Positions 51,231 to 64,000 of a stretch of 64,000 nt of DNA are shown here, piece by piece. Within the stretch, counting starts at the first letter, position 1, and every line of letters starts with the position of its first letter. The translations under genes were made by a program, and so were the position numbers. Below the pieces are notes generated by a model, which was given only the letters and a program-made list of their open reading frames with translations, was not told the DNA's origin and searched no databases. The DNA is taken from contig NC_045138.2 of assembly GCF_008831285.2 (NCBI RefSeq), positions 3,720,001-3,784,000 of the forward strand, given 5' to 3'. Source of the DNA: Nymphaea colorata (Eukaryota).

Positions 51231-54200
51231 TGTCACACCCCGACCTTTTTGACACTCAAACATTTTTTTTCTAACATCCAACATCGAGGTGTGACTACAC
51301 AATAGTTCAAAAAGGAATGAGCCAAGCAATTCAAAACAATGGGGCAAGCTTTCCATTATATAGCATTTCAATTCAATTGTACATTTGACAAAAATGCCCC
51401 AAAATCACAACATCGATGCCTAATAAAAAACAAGGCACCAGTAAAACCAAAAACCCGACGCGCCGGCACTACAAGAGCAAAACAAAACCCAAAACCTCCC
51501 CAGTAGGACGTGAGTGTAGCCATCTGCTCAGCCTGCTGCCCCGAGTACACCGAAACCTGAAAAAAGAAACAACTGAAGGCTTAGCCTTCGCAGTATGGCA
51601 ACAAGCCAGGAAAAGTCCAAGCCCTCTTGGGTCGGGCTCAGTACACAAACAAATATCAGAACAATCTATCATTATGTCATGTCAAGACACGACATGCAGA
51701 CGCCACTCAATGGCTACAATAACATAATTTCAATCACATGCAAGGCATCATCAACATGTCACTTGCATTCATAAGCACAACAGTCACATGCACAACAATC
51801 CTATACATTTCAATCACATACATTGCAGTTTCATTACTATCAGTGAATTTACAGTTCCTGTGGGTGCAAACACAGGCACGTGCACACCGCGGGCGGCCCA
51901 CAGCCGAGAGACAACCCCCGTGGTGGCCCAGAACAGTATGGATCCATCTATCCGCTGCAGCGGTAGAGCACTCATCCATGGATGTGTGAATTCCAAGGAG
52001 AGATACTCAGCCTTCCCTAGGACACCCAGGTTGAGAAGGCGGGAGCCTACGCTCCAAGCACATCACACAACAGTACCCTGGGGCCTTGCACCGCCTGCGC
52101 TCCGAACAGGCGAGACCAGTGGCGAAAGCGGGACAACTCCCATATACATAGTCACATCCCACTGGCCTCTCATCTCTTATTCTTTCATTCTTATACTTAT
52201 ACTTGCACAAACACATTTAACTGGCTAGCTCCTGAGGTTGGTTCACTTCACGAGTGAACTCACACCTCCAATTGCCTCCACACGAGGGTTACACATAACC
52301 ACAACAGTTTTGACTAGCCGTCATAACAATATGGGTACAACTACCCACTGTGCAAACATTTGCATCATTGCCCGCGGCAATGGGTATTCAATAAACATAA
52401 CATTCACATTCATCATCATAACAATCACATATTTGAAAACTTAGCCAAACCACAGAGAATAGTCTCAATCGGTGGTGGGCTCGTAGCTGTCCTATGCAGT
52501 TATCATTCTAGAATGCTTTCTAATGCACAATTGGGGTCGAGGAGACACTCGACTCGATACCCCGCCTCATCTGTCCTAAACAGTTATCAATTCTAGCATG
52601 CACATGCAATGCGTAACATTATCAAAACAATTACTATAAGCCTTTCAAAACAATTCATATCATATATCAATTTATGTACATGCATACACATATTCATTCA
52701 CGGAACACTCAATCAATTCATATCACAAATCCTAGGATCCCATGATCCTAGGAACACACATTCATTCACTTGCCCAGGCAGGGATTTGCCTGGAATGTCG
52801 CCATACCTGTGGCGCGTTCACAAGAATCTTCCAAAATGCCTCGAGCTTCGAATCCGGTAGCTCAAGGTCGACGGGATGTACCCGGTGTACCTGTAGACAC
52901 AAACACAAGATAAGATTCCTACTTCATACCTCAACAATTCAAACAAAAACAAAACAAAATCATTGAGGCACGTGTCATCGCCTCGAGAGGGTGTCGACGG
53001 GTAGTGTCAACCCACAAGTTCTCCAAAAGGGTCACTTCCCACTTCTAGCCGTGCCAATAGATGCCAAAACTCAAAGCCATCAATTCTTCTATCACTAACG
53101 CCTTTCTCAAAACTCCATTTTTCTTAAATCAAGGCGTCTACCCCAAAGATACATCCAACTTATGTACGTTATCCCTATTTAACTCCAAGATACACCCGTT
53201 CACAAAAACGCGTGCTACAGGCTCACTAAAACGGTCCTAAATCTTCCCCACAACCTCACAAACTCTACCATGTTTCCCCTAATGCTTCGAAAATTAATCT
53301 ATCATGCTTAAATGATCATCCAAAATATGAATCTTCGCTTCCCAACATAATCGCAAGCTTTCCCCCAAAAACGAAATCACTAACATGTGTTCCAAATAAT
53401 CAATTCTAAGCTTTAGCATGCTCAAACAATAATTATACGCGTTCCAAAGAAAAATATATCATAAAATATGTTCAATTTCGCCTTGCGCACCCCAATTGAA
53501 GGTCTAAACTGCTTTAATCCTCCCGGCAGCCACCTCACGTGCCCAAGTGGTCCCCAAACGGCTAAAATCCTCCAATGCCTCCACTACTAAGGCCTCCTCT
53601 AACTGCTGTTACGAGGGGGAGGACAAATCCCCAAGCTGAAAACGGATCCAACAGTGATGAAATAGTGAAAAATCAGTGAGAGAAAGTGCTTGATTGGAGA
53701 AAATAGAAAACGAGCAGAAAATGGGGAGAGAGCATGAAGCGTGGACAGAGAGGGAGGTCGAATAGAGGGAGAAAGAGGGAAAAACGGAGGGGGACTGATA
53801 GGGGAGAGGGTTCGGTCAAAAGGGGAAAAGAAGGCAGTGAGGGGAGAGGACGGGAGAGAAGAGAGAGACGGTGGAGAGTGAGGGGAGTCGTTCGGTGGAG
53901 AGGGGAGACGAGAGACAGTGGGAGAGGGAGACGAGTGACAGTGGGAGAGGGAGGAGGAGAAGAAGGAAGAAGGAAGAGTTAGGGAGAGGTTGAGGGCTTA
54001 CCCAACTGCCGACACCGACGCCGCCGCCGCCGCCGCCGTTCCTTCCTCCGCCGGCTCAAGCGTCGCCACTGCTCCCTCGTCCTCCTCCTGGTCTCACACG
54101 GGCGACACGGAAGCAAGAAGGCGTCGAGGAAGAAAAGGGAGACGCGAGGGAGAAGGGCCCTCGCGTCGGGCTCCTCTCGCGTGGGGCTAGGGTCCGGGTC

Positions 54201-54244
54201 TGGACCCTGACCCGACCCGCTCCGCCCAAACGCCGCGCGTTACA
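51231..54244 (-). repeat. 5' LTR of the Tekay element (3014 bp)
   Basis: Direct repeat of 43322-46336, adjacent to the PBS. Confidence 0.96.
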
Positions 54245-54780
54245 GTTGTCGTGCAAATCCCTCACACCGTGGTCTTCTGACTCCGGAGATGAAGTCGGGT
54301 ACTTCGTGTGAAGTCGGTTACAGCAAGGGCGTCGTGTGAAGAACAAAGATGGAGCGCAGGCTGAGCGGAGGCAATGGAATGGGGGGAAGATGGGCTGCCC
54401 AGTTGAGGTTTTGGTGATTCAGAAAACGAGAAAGAGAGAGACGATCGAGGTGCTGGTGGGTTGGGGGCTTCGAAAATGGGGAGAGTGATAATCTGGGTTC
54501 CAATTAAAGCCGAAGGAGGGTGGTGATGTTTCAAATGGCAGAGATTGAAGGAATGACCTAAAATCGATGTTGATAGGAAGGGGAGTTGATCATCCAAATG
54601 AAATTAGTGGCGATGAAGACATCTGACGACTTGTGCTGCTAGTAAGAGCTCGAGCAGGTGGCAATACTGTTGAAGTAGAACAGAGATCAACAAGTAGGTG
54701 GCATTGACGAGCTTTGATGATCCGCGGATGGCCAAACCAGAGGGTGAAGCATGTTGGAGCTGGGTTGCTGCGCGGGTCGC

Positions 54781-55180
54781 CGGGAAGGGGGAGGGAGACG
54801 GGAAGGGGAACTGGCCAACTGGGAAGGGGAAGGGAGAGGGAGATGGGAAGGAGAACTGGCCAACTGGGAAGGGGAAGAGGGAGGGAGACGGAAAGGGGAA
54901 CTGGCCAACTGGGAAGGGAAAGGGGGAGGGAGACGGGAAGGGGGAAGGAGAGACGGGAAAGGGGAAGGGAGAGGGAGACGGGAAGGAGAACTGGCCAACT
55001 GGGAAGGGGAAGGGAGAGGGAGACGGGAAGGACAACTGGACAACTGGGAAGGAGAAGGGGGGAGGGAGACGGAAAGGGGAACTGGCCAACTGGGAAGGGA
55101 AAGGGGGAGGGAGACGGGAAGGGAGAAGGAGAGACGGGAAAGGGACGGGAAAGGGGGAAGCAGGAAAGGGGGAGGGAGAC
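54781..55180 (+). repeat. G/purine-rich ~45-bp minisatellite inside the hAT element
   Basis: Core AACTGG(C/A)CAACTGGGAAGG recurs at 54809, 54854, 54899, 54989, 55034 and 55080. Confidence 0.88.
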
Positions 55181-56357
55181 GGGCCGACCGGGCCACTGCC
55201 GGGCCGGCCTATCCGGCCCGGGCCTGCTGCCGGGCCGACATATCTGGCTCGGGCCCGGCCCGGGTCGAGATTTTCCCGGCCCAAACCCGGCCCATACTGG
55301 GCCGGGCCGGCCCGATGCCCAGCCTTAAGGGAAACGAGAATATCAGATCTAAAAGTTGTCATCCGGTGGAGGTTTTTCTGGTACGTTTTTTTGGTACCGC
55401 AAAAGCAAGTTAGAATATAAGATTTTATAAAACCAATTTGCTATGAAATCAGAATTTGCCCAGTGACACCCGACCGAGCACTAGAGTACATTTTACTTGC
55501 ATATGCAACTTATACACACAATAATCTACATATAGATAGTCAGAAACTCAAGCACAACTACACGAGAAGCTATATAAAACATTATATACTTGTAAAACAA
55601 TTTACCTACACAAATTATGGCAATGCAGGTACCACTGGTGCATGTTTAAACAGTCACGCTACATTTATTTACGTGCACATGTATTTAATAATTTACTTTG
55701 CAATGGCAATTTTGAAATTATTTAAGCTCAAACTTTTGGACCTATTTATACTTTCACAGGAAAAAAGAAATTAATGACATACCGAAATGTTTTTCTAAAT
55801 ATCTTTGTGAATATTTTTATTTCAAACGCATGTGATATGCCCCTTTTACACCTTATTCGTTTTAAAATAAAAATATTAAACATCATCTCACAAAGGATAA
55901 AAAAGTTTAGCGGCCCAATTAAAGTGTTTCCCTTTAATTCTTTAAATTACATAGGAAATCTTCTCGCCGACAAAATTCTGATCAGTTCCAATGATCTATT
56001 GTTCGGTTTGACGGTGGCGTTTGCTAACAGGAAAACTGCAGTGCTTCATAAATTTTTCTCAGTTACATCTTTGAGACATGTTCATAGAACGCGTTCTGAT
56101 TACGTATTGATGGTGGAGGTCGGACTTGCTGTTCTTCCCAGTAGTACCTGGGTTGGTGGCAGTCGGCTTGTCTGGTCGGACACTATACGGCTCGTACGTA
56201 TTTAATCCAAAAGGAAGGGTGTGGGCTCTAACCAGGTCAGGCCGCTCAAAGGCGAAGCGAATTGAAGCCATTTCGACCATCGTCCTCAATTTTGGTCGAT
56301 TGAGAGGTGAACCAGGGAAGGCACGCGCTGGACAACTGAATCTTGGAGCATGAGCGT

Positions 56358-57870
56358 ATGGCAACCAAGGTGTACATCATGTAAGTCTTGCATTCTTTCC
56401 CTCTCTCCGTTCCCTTTCTGTTTCCCATTATTCCCACCCCTTTTTCCCCCTCCCTTGATTAATTCTCGTCTGCTATTCTTGAGCTGGAAGAGCAACCCTG
56501 GGATACTCATGAATAATTGTAGGTCCGTTTATTCCGTTCAGCTATTATTCATTATATGGCCATGTCGGGAAGTTGGCGACGGAGATACAGAAAGGGGCTA
56601 ACTCCGTTGAGGGCGTGAAGGCGATGTTATGGCAGGTGAAATTGTGTGAAATGATGACGCCTATATAACAGTGAATCTTCCTTCTTCCTGAACGTGCGGT
56701 CATCTCTCTCTCTCTCTCTCACTAATTAATTTAGGTGCCAGAGACCCTACCAGATACGGTATTGGAAAAGATGAAGGCACCGCCCAAGCCGGAAGACATC
56801 CCCGTAATCAAGCCGGAGCAGCTGCCGGAAGCTGATGGTTTCATCTTTGGCTTCCCCTCTCGGTTCGGTATGATGGGTTCACAGTTCCTGTCTTTCTTCG
56901 ACGGCATGGATGATATATGGAAGTCTCAGAAGCTCGCTGGTAAACCTGCGGGCATCTTCTGGAGCACCGGCTATCATGGAGGTGGCCAAGAGAATTCTGC
57001 GTAAAGCTCTCCCCCTCTTTGTCTGTATGCATAATCTAGTCATATAGACCTCTCTTTCTCTCTCTCTCCGTCTCCCTGCATAATCTGTAGTCATATGAGT
57101 GCAGTTCTGGTCTCCCATTCTCTTCCTCGTCCGCTCGGTTAGAAGCTTCTTGTTTGATAGGAACCCCAGTAGCCAGCATTCTGCGATATTAAACCGTTTT
57201 AAAAGTCTTCTGCCATTTACCTTTCATGCTTTCGGTTGTTCGCACAACCCATCATACACCCTAGACCCTCTCATTGATGTTCAAACATGATGAAACTAGT
57301 TTAAAAAGTGTTCAATCAAATACTTTTGAAGGCATAGTCACAGATAATCCGAAGGCAATTTATTAGCCACATCTCTGTATATATCTATTTCAAGCAATAG
57401 TTTTTGCAAAAATACTTGGCACATACCTGATGGGCCTTTAAATAAATGGTGAAGAAAAGGTCTCGGGCTTTACAATGATGTTTCGACCTCTCCGGCTACA
57501 TGTTTCTTTTTCATGTATGAGCGAATGGAAACAAGGCTGGTGCATATGGAAAAAATATGGGTGTCCATGGCTTACACTACATTAATGTCTCCATCGTGGT
57601 AGAGGTATAACGTGCAAGTGCGGCGCTGCTTGCAGGTTGACAGCGATAACCCAGTTGGCTCATCACGGTATCATATTTGTGCCTCTGGGTTACACTTTTG
57701 GCGAAAGCATGTTTGAGATGGGCGAGGTCAAAGGTGGTTCCTCGTACGGAGCAGGGACTTACGCTGGGGATGGTTCTCGGGAGCCAACAGACTTGGAGCT
57801 GAAACAGGCATTCTACCAAGGGAAACAAGTAGCTACAGTGGCAAAGAGGCTTAACGCCATCGCCATCTGA
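56358..57870 (+). CDS. Flavodoxin-like NAD(P)H:quinone oxidoreductase (FQR1-like / WrbA family)
   Basis: Exons: 56358-56380, 56542-56635, 56735-57000, 57636-57870. Protein: [20 protein letters not shown]...WQ|VPETLP...[10 protein letters not shown]...[20 protein letters not shown]...[15 protein letters not shown]...[19 protein letters not shown]. Confidence 0.95.
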
Positions 57871-58459
57871 GTCAGTAACTTCCTAGGCCACCGGCCGGCA
57901 GACTGGTGGCGGATGATCTCCACTTAGCTGTTGGACACAAATAAACTCCTTTTGATGTTTTTCTAAGAAACATGTTATGATTGTATCTGGTATTTAGTTG
58001 TTTTTAATTTAGAAGCAGTATTTATACTTGCACCATGTTTTATGAGATAAGAAACAATGTACTTCGATAATATTTTTTTGGAAATGTTTCAAACACAATG
58101 TTCTTATCAAACGCCAAACGCCTACTTGACAGAAAGAATAACACACCACTTTGAAAAGTTTAATCATGCATATAAAATTATAAAATTATGAGGAATGTTG
58201 AAAGACTTTTTAAAAATATTGTTAAATGGTTGGTTTTCTGGATACCCAACCTTTTTAGAACTAAAACCGAAGTTGCTAGAAGCAAAACGGGTTCCGCTAA
58301 AGTAAGAACCCCAATTTCGTGTCGGAGTGGGCAAGTTTGAGAGACGGAATGACTTTTTCCCTCAGATTAATCTTATCTATGGATGACACAACAATGAAAG
58401 CTTCAGGTGAGAGAGAGACTTTTCATCTCAGAATAATCTTCCATGGATGACAACTAAAC

Positions 58460-58775
58460 TCAGGCTCGACTCAAGCTAGCTTGTTTTCAGATTCTGCTTG
58501 CTTCATAAACGAACGAGTTTCAAGTTGAAAAACGAACTCGGTTAATAAGTGCAGCTCGACCCATGCAGGCTCAACTCCGTTAAACTTAATTAAACTTGTA
58601 GAAATAAAAGATACGAAAGGCGCTACACCATATTATCAGAAGTGGAAACTTACCCCTAATGGCAACAGCGTGGGAAACTCACGTCAAACCTAGGCTCAAC
58701 CAAAACGAGTTCAAGCCCGCCCAAATTGGCTCAAACTCTACTCATTTACATCCTTACTCTCAATTTAACGTTTCT
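58460..58775. mobile_element. Degenerate hAT-like MITE remnant
   Basis: Repeated GCTC(G/A)A and AACGAG motifs and a TTTACATCCTTA end resembling a hAT TIR. The opposite TIR and a TSD were not found. Confidence 0.4.
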
Positions 58776-59221
58776 ATATTCAACCATTGGCTCAGAACAA
58801 GCTTAAGCTTTGTGCTGGCCTTAGGGAGAGGAAGGCCAGAAGAGTAGAGTTATGAATGATTATAGGGGACATAAGAGGACTCGAGGGTGACTGATGACGG
58901 GCAATAGGAGATTTATTATCCTTCATGTTGCCTGCTAATAGTGGCTACAATCCTGAAAACCACTTACCTAGATAACATGAAATGTCTGGTTAATCCTCCG
59001 ACGGAAAGGAGTGCCTATACTTCCGTAGCTCACGCCCACCGCACAAATATCCTCTAATTGAGGCTCAATAAGGACAAAAATAAGAGTACAACAAATGGTT
59101 ATCCTATAATAATTCTCTCCAAAACATTTTGCATAGCAATTTCTGAAGATCCTCTGAGAAAGGGGAAGCTTAGTTTCAGCCATGGACGAGATTAAGCACA
59201 AGCAGAGGTTCAAAATTGTAG

Positions 59222-62200
59222 TTAACGGATTCTGTGTAACCCAATGTGAAAATCAGAGGATACGGAAATCAGAACTGGGAAATGATGGTGCCAGACAGCT
59301 TTGAGAACCCGTTTTTGATGAGCCTTCACAGATTGAGCAGGGTTTGAGGAGTTGTACCGTATGTCAAATATGTGTATCACGGGGTCTGGTGAACCAGACG
59401 TGATGTACATCCCGTCAGGAGACCATGCCTGGCCTATTAATGCTGATTGTGAATCGGTGCTTACTTGTTTCCATCCAAATGCATGGATCTCTGACGGTCT
59501 TACTCTCATATCAAACAACCTTAGTTGCTTCTCCCGTCTCCTGCAAACATACACAGCTTCATCAGGACACTAGTCAATCACACCATTTCTCTGTTGTTTT
59601 CAACTAGACGAAATTTATAAATATTTACTGAGCAAAAACGTTAGTTGCATCCCTTGAAAATTTGATAACTTCAAAAGCCAAATTGATGTTCTTGACATAC
59701 TAGTGTATAACGTAGACCAAATAACTTGCTCAGAGGGAACATGCCAGATCCGGTCTGAACAAAAGAGAACTATATAGATATTCTTGTAAAAGACTATAGG
59801 ACTCTCATCAAAGAATGCTAAATGGGCTAGAGTAGTTGATTCACAATCATCTCATACCATGTTTACAGAAATTAGTATGCCATGAATAATTTGCAATATT
59901 CCACATTGACATGGAACCCTGTTGTCTATGAATAGTTGCTTCCTGATATCAACTTTCCTTTCTTGCCTTCATAGATCTTTTAGGGTAATCCTTTTCAGCT
60001 ACCCTTTGTAGTATATATGCAGTTTTTTTTTTTTTTTCCTTTGGCGCATATAATTGCCTGAGTTGCTGTGTCTTGACTAGACAGACAAAATACTCAAAAC
60101 CGATAAGGAGATTTGATTGGAAACTAGAACCAAAAAGTGAACATTTCAAATGCAAAACTAAGAATCAGTGCTACCAACTGATAACTTTTACCTACAAATT
60201 GGACTTCTGAGAAGCTGCTATCATACAGTTCGAAGTTCATCAGCTTTTTAACCGAATTAGCACCATAAAGACAAAGCCTGATATGTAAACCTAAAAAACT
60301 GAACCCTTGCAAGGCCAGATAACTAAAGGACACTGTCTATGATACCCTTGAAAATTATTCATTCGGAATCATGTGGAAAGAAGCAGGACAGAGGGATTGA
60401 GGAATCCTCCTAACAAGAATATGATCCAGTCTCTTCAATCAGATTGGCTCATAGGACGTGGCATGCAACTAATCGCAGCACGTAAAGCGTGCTCTTAGAT
60501 TCAGAACTTGTAAACAGCACACATTAGGTAACCTGATAAACTTAGAAACAAACCTAGTTTGCACCATCAATAGGTTGAAGTCCAAGGGATTGGGCAGCAC
60601 TCCCATGCACTCGCTGTCCATTTGATGCTTGAAATTAGTTTTCCTTCCATCTACATCAAACCCAATAATTTGCTTGTCGGCACCAGAAGATACTACCATA
60701 TGCTTATGAGACATCCCAGCAAAACCCATAACAGCTGAAGAATGGATGTTTCTGTGCAACAGCTCTGGCTTCCAAATGTTCCTTCGGTTTTTCTCATTCC
60801 AGAGAATAACAGAGTGGTCATCTCCACCCGTTACAAAACATACAGTACTCCAAGGCATGAATTCTATGTGATTGATGACACCCTTATGATGAGGTCTTTC
60901 CTCTAAAAATGTGACCCTGGACTGCAGATCAAAGAAAACACATTTTTTTTTTTTTTACTTCAACGACAAAAAGAAATCCACAGAGAAAGTACCACTGTCA
61001 CATAAGTATAAGGCTGTAATGAGAAAGAGCTATTTCATGGTGAAACATTGTAAAAAAGAATAATGTTTACCTCAAAATTTCTTTCTCGCATTTAACATTT
61101 AGCATGTCAAGAGAACTATGTTGATGTCGACAGGAGAATCACCAACATGAAAATTATTAACATACAATGACAAGAAGAATATATAATCCCAATACTGGAA
61201 GAAATGATTGTTTAGTTGCATTCAAAGGAATGAAGTGATCATATTTGTAAATCAAGCATTGTGTTCACATTCAGATAAAATCTCTTTACTTGTACGTGCT
61301 TGAACTCATAATTGTTGTCCATTTCCTTCATGATAGCACTCATGAAACCATTTTCTTTATGCCTTACTGAAGCTGAAGTTACCCTTTGCTACAAAATCAT
61401 GCATAATCCACAAAACTCAAACAAAACAGTTCATAAATTCATACATAATGCATAAAAACAATAATTGGCATATATAATTCTATTAAATTAAAGTTAAAAA
61501 CAATGACAGAATAAAGTGAAAAGGTTGACACCTTTCACTTAAAATTTTGAATCAAACTGGGCATGACCCAAATCCAATCTAAAAAGTATCCAAATGGTCT
61601 GCTGTAACCGTATCTTAGAACTGCCATACCAACACAGGTGTTTGCAGCCTTTCTCATGTAGCAACGTTACATAGCCCTTTTTTAAGTTTACATTTCCTTC
61701 AAGTTAATCCAGCTGCTAAATGAATTTTGCTTTGTTTGCTGGTAAGAAACATTCTTTATTCTATCTTCATAGAAGTAGGTGGCTAGAAACATCTTCCATT
61801 AAGCTGAATACCCCAGTCAATATACCATGTCCCAGCTGGAAGTCCATTTAGTAGTTAGAAAGGAACAGAGTTGAATCAGTTACTGTAAAAAAAAAAAATA
61901 TTTGTAAGATATGCATTATATGTACATATCTATAAATGAAACATCTGAGACCATCTCATATACATGTTACATGCATTATATGGTTGTTTTCATTATTTTT
62001 TTCATTTTTGTGCTTTAAATGGTTGTAAAGGGAATAACTATAAATAACACATATAACATATAGAGTCATAATCCATCTACTGATACTACATAAATTGCAC
62101 ACTCTTGTTATGCTACGTATATGTTTTTTCTGACCAGACGAAGTTTAAGACCACGAAAAGAAGCACCCATCTTCTTCATTCTCATCTTCATTCACCTCAT

Positions 62201-64000
62201 CTACATAAAACATGACACCACATAACCAGAAGCCTACACCTTCTTCTAAGCTTGCATTATGGTACTTGTATCCCTATTGGTCACCTGAAATCTTAAGAAG
62301 TGGAATTTCACAGCTCAACTGGCGAGCTTAAGTTCTTAATACCGTTTGGGCGCCCATACAAAGAAATTACATCAACAATACCTCATGATTTCGTAATTTT
62401 GATGCCCTTACAGCTTTTTCGTCTTTTTGGGAACTCCAAGAGCTGTTATGATTTAATAAATAGCCTTGAACTGTCTCCCTCCAACTGAAAATAGAAGCAC
62501 TATAATAGTTCCATCACATGGATGTGGGTGCAGATGAGAGGATTGGTTTTGGAGGGAGAACCAATTTCAAAGAACCTAATTTATTTATAATAATAATAAT
62601 AATATATTCATTCTCGGGCTTTTGCTATCAAGATTTTCCTCAGATATTAATTGGAAAATTTGTTTTTTCTGTGGGAAATACTCGGTATTTGAAAATTTTA
62701 AGAATATATAAATAATAAAAAATTACCAAATTACAAGTTTTTTCAGTATTGTAGGAGAAAATATGAGAGAGAAGGAAAGGAGAAAGAAAGAGTGGAGAGT
62801 TTCAAACTCGATAAAGAGAAAAAAAGAGGGATGAACAAGGCCCTGACTAGAAGAGGGAAAAGGCCCTCCTTCAACCTGGGCTTCAAGGGCTCCTCCACCC
62901 ATGGAAGGCCTCCATCCGTATTGATGGAGGGTTCTTTTCCACTTTAGTCAATTTTTTAGCTTCTTGTTTATACTAAAATTTTTTTTGCCATTTTTTTCTT
63001 CTCTTCTTTATTGTAAAAGTTAAAATAATTTTAAGTGTAGATATATATATATATATATATTTCTTTGCCACAACAGAACTCGAGAAAAATGCCATACACC
63101 AGCATGGTGCCACAACCTCTTTATAGAGTCCACGTTACATGGCACAGTGGTTTGAAGCATTTTGTTTTCTTCTACAAAATTTTCAGTAGATTGCCTATAT
63201 ATTCTCTCCACATATTCTGAAAAAACTTCCAATCATGTAAAAAGTTGAGTATACCTTTAAAGTTTAAACAATATCAAAGAATTTATTCTAATGTCTCTTG
63301 AAGAGGAAAACGTACTACTACACTCTGCTTCAAACTAATTTCACTGAAATTAAGAGAACGACTGTGATGTTTGGATTATATGAGTTCTTTCGCTCCTTGG
63401 TGCCTTTGGCCCCACAATCCGAATATGATCTGAAAAAGGCATTTTGGACTCACTAAAACAATCACAAGCAAAAGAAAAATGTATAATCTAGATGCTGGTC
63501 CCATAGCATATAAACCTATGCAAAAAAAACACCTGAATCCTCTCAATGGTCTTCATTAGAAACTCAGATCCAACAAGTCCAGGTAAATCATATCACTAGA
63601 TAATACAGATCAACCTTCCCGTAAACAATCACAATCATCCTATAACAAATAGGAGATGCACAAAAGGAAGTAAAAATTTGCAAGTGTTCTTTCAGTTTTT
63701 AATGGTTTCTTCTTGCTTTTTTTTAATCGATTAACATGTCCTCTTGCAAAGAAAGGTAGGAAGCATTCCAACAAAAACAGCATGAAGCCAAGTAAAACAA
63801 TAAGCAAGGATCTGTCATCAGTAACTTCCAACTTTCAAACTAAGAGGAGGAGAAGCAGCAAGACAAAACATTTCTAAGAAACTTAAGATATAAATCTATT
63901 CCTTACTTCCTTAGATGAGTTAAAATTCAGGATAGATACTTGAGAATCTTTATCATCTGCACTGTACACAGCAAATACGCTATCACCATTGGGATGCCAT
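59222..64000 (-). CDS. WD40-repeat (transducin family) protein, 3' portion; 5' end lies beyond the window
   Basis: Exons: >64000-63907 (WHPNGDSVFAVYSADDKDSQVSILNFNSSKE), 60921-60554 (SRVTFLEERPHHKGVIN...FVTGGDDHSVILW...SSGADKQIIGFD) and 59540-59222 (...AWSPDGMYITSGSPDPVIHIFDIR...AHQKRV...IGLHRIR*). GT-AG boundaries are in phase. Confidence 0.9.
62120..62490 (-). mobile_element. Possible decayed CACTA/TnpA-like fragment in the WD40 intron
   Basis: Stop-ridden minus-strand translation including MKKMGASFRGLKLRLVRK, reminiscent of plant CACTA accessory proteins. No termini were found. Confidence 0.25.

Larger units (their letters stand above)
43322..54244 (-). mobile_element. Full-length Ty3/Gypsy chromovirus (Tekay/Del clade) LTR retrotransposon
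   Basis: LTRs 43322-46336 and 51231-54244 with TG...CA ends. TSD GTTGT (43317-43321, 54245-54249). PBS TGGTATCAGAGCC at 51214-51226. PPT AGGAGGGTAGGA at 46337-46348. Domain order gag-PR-RT-RH-INT-chromodomain. Confidence 0.97.
43108..55327. mobile_element. Non-autonomous hAT element (~1.3 kb of its own sequence) interrupted by a 10.9 kb Gypsy insertion
   Basis: Left TIR TAGGGGTGGGTATCGGGCCGG; right end reverse complement TAAGGCTGGGCATCGGGCCGG. 8-bp TSD ACGGAAAC (43100-43107) / AGGGAAAC (55328-55335), one mismatch. Subterminal GGCCC/GGGCC repeats at both ends. Confidence 0.8.

Noticed and set aside
54604..55420. Overlapping 169-252 aa ORFs (GKGEGD-rich and PSPFP-rich) in five frames
   Set aside because: Artefact of a stop-poor 45-bp purine minisatellite and GC-rich hAT subterminal repeats. 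No domain signal.
56651..56691. ATGATGA...CTGA (C/D-box-like) in quinone reductase intron 2
   Set aside because: Only ~41 nt, with no terminal stem or recognisable rRNA guide. Too short for a snoRNA.
58335..58455. Imperfect ~65-bp tandem duplication
   Set aside because: Two degenerate intergenic copies with no functional signal.

Overview
Flowering-plant nuclear DNA: spliced genes with GT-AG introns, (GA)n microsatellites and many transposons. No prokaryotic features. Six protein-coding genes were reconstructed by hand from splice sites and family motifs: a GGQ-motif release-factor-like protein (-), an Alfin-like PHD protein (-), a TatD/TATDN1 nuclease spread over 18 kb (-), a CLD1-like chloroplast alpha/beta hydrolase (+), an FQR1/WrbA-like quinone reductase (+), and the 3' part of a WD40 protein (-). 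TatD intron 7 holds a nest: a short-LTR Copia (TSD ATTGT) whose interior is replaced by two oppositely oriented CRM-type Gypsy 3' halves, forming a ~4.9 kb imperfect palindrome, with a hAT MITE inside one arm. Other TatD introns hold a truncated Copia and a tRNA-derived SINE. A decayed LINE lies between TatD and the hydrolase. A full-length Tekay chromovirus (3 kb LTRs, TSD GTTGT) sits inside a non-autonomous hAT element, and all of its LTR differences fall in one half of the LTR. All alignments and counts were done by eye and no database searches were run. I found no convincing new protein system; the most unusual signals are structural.
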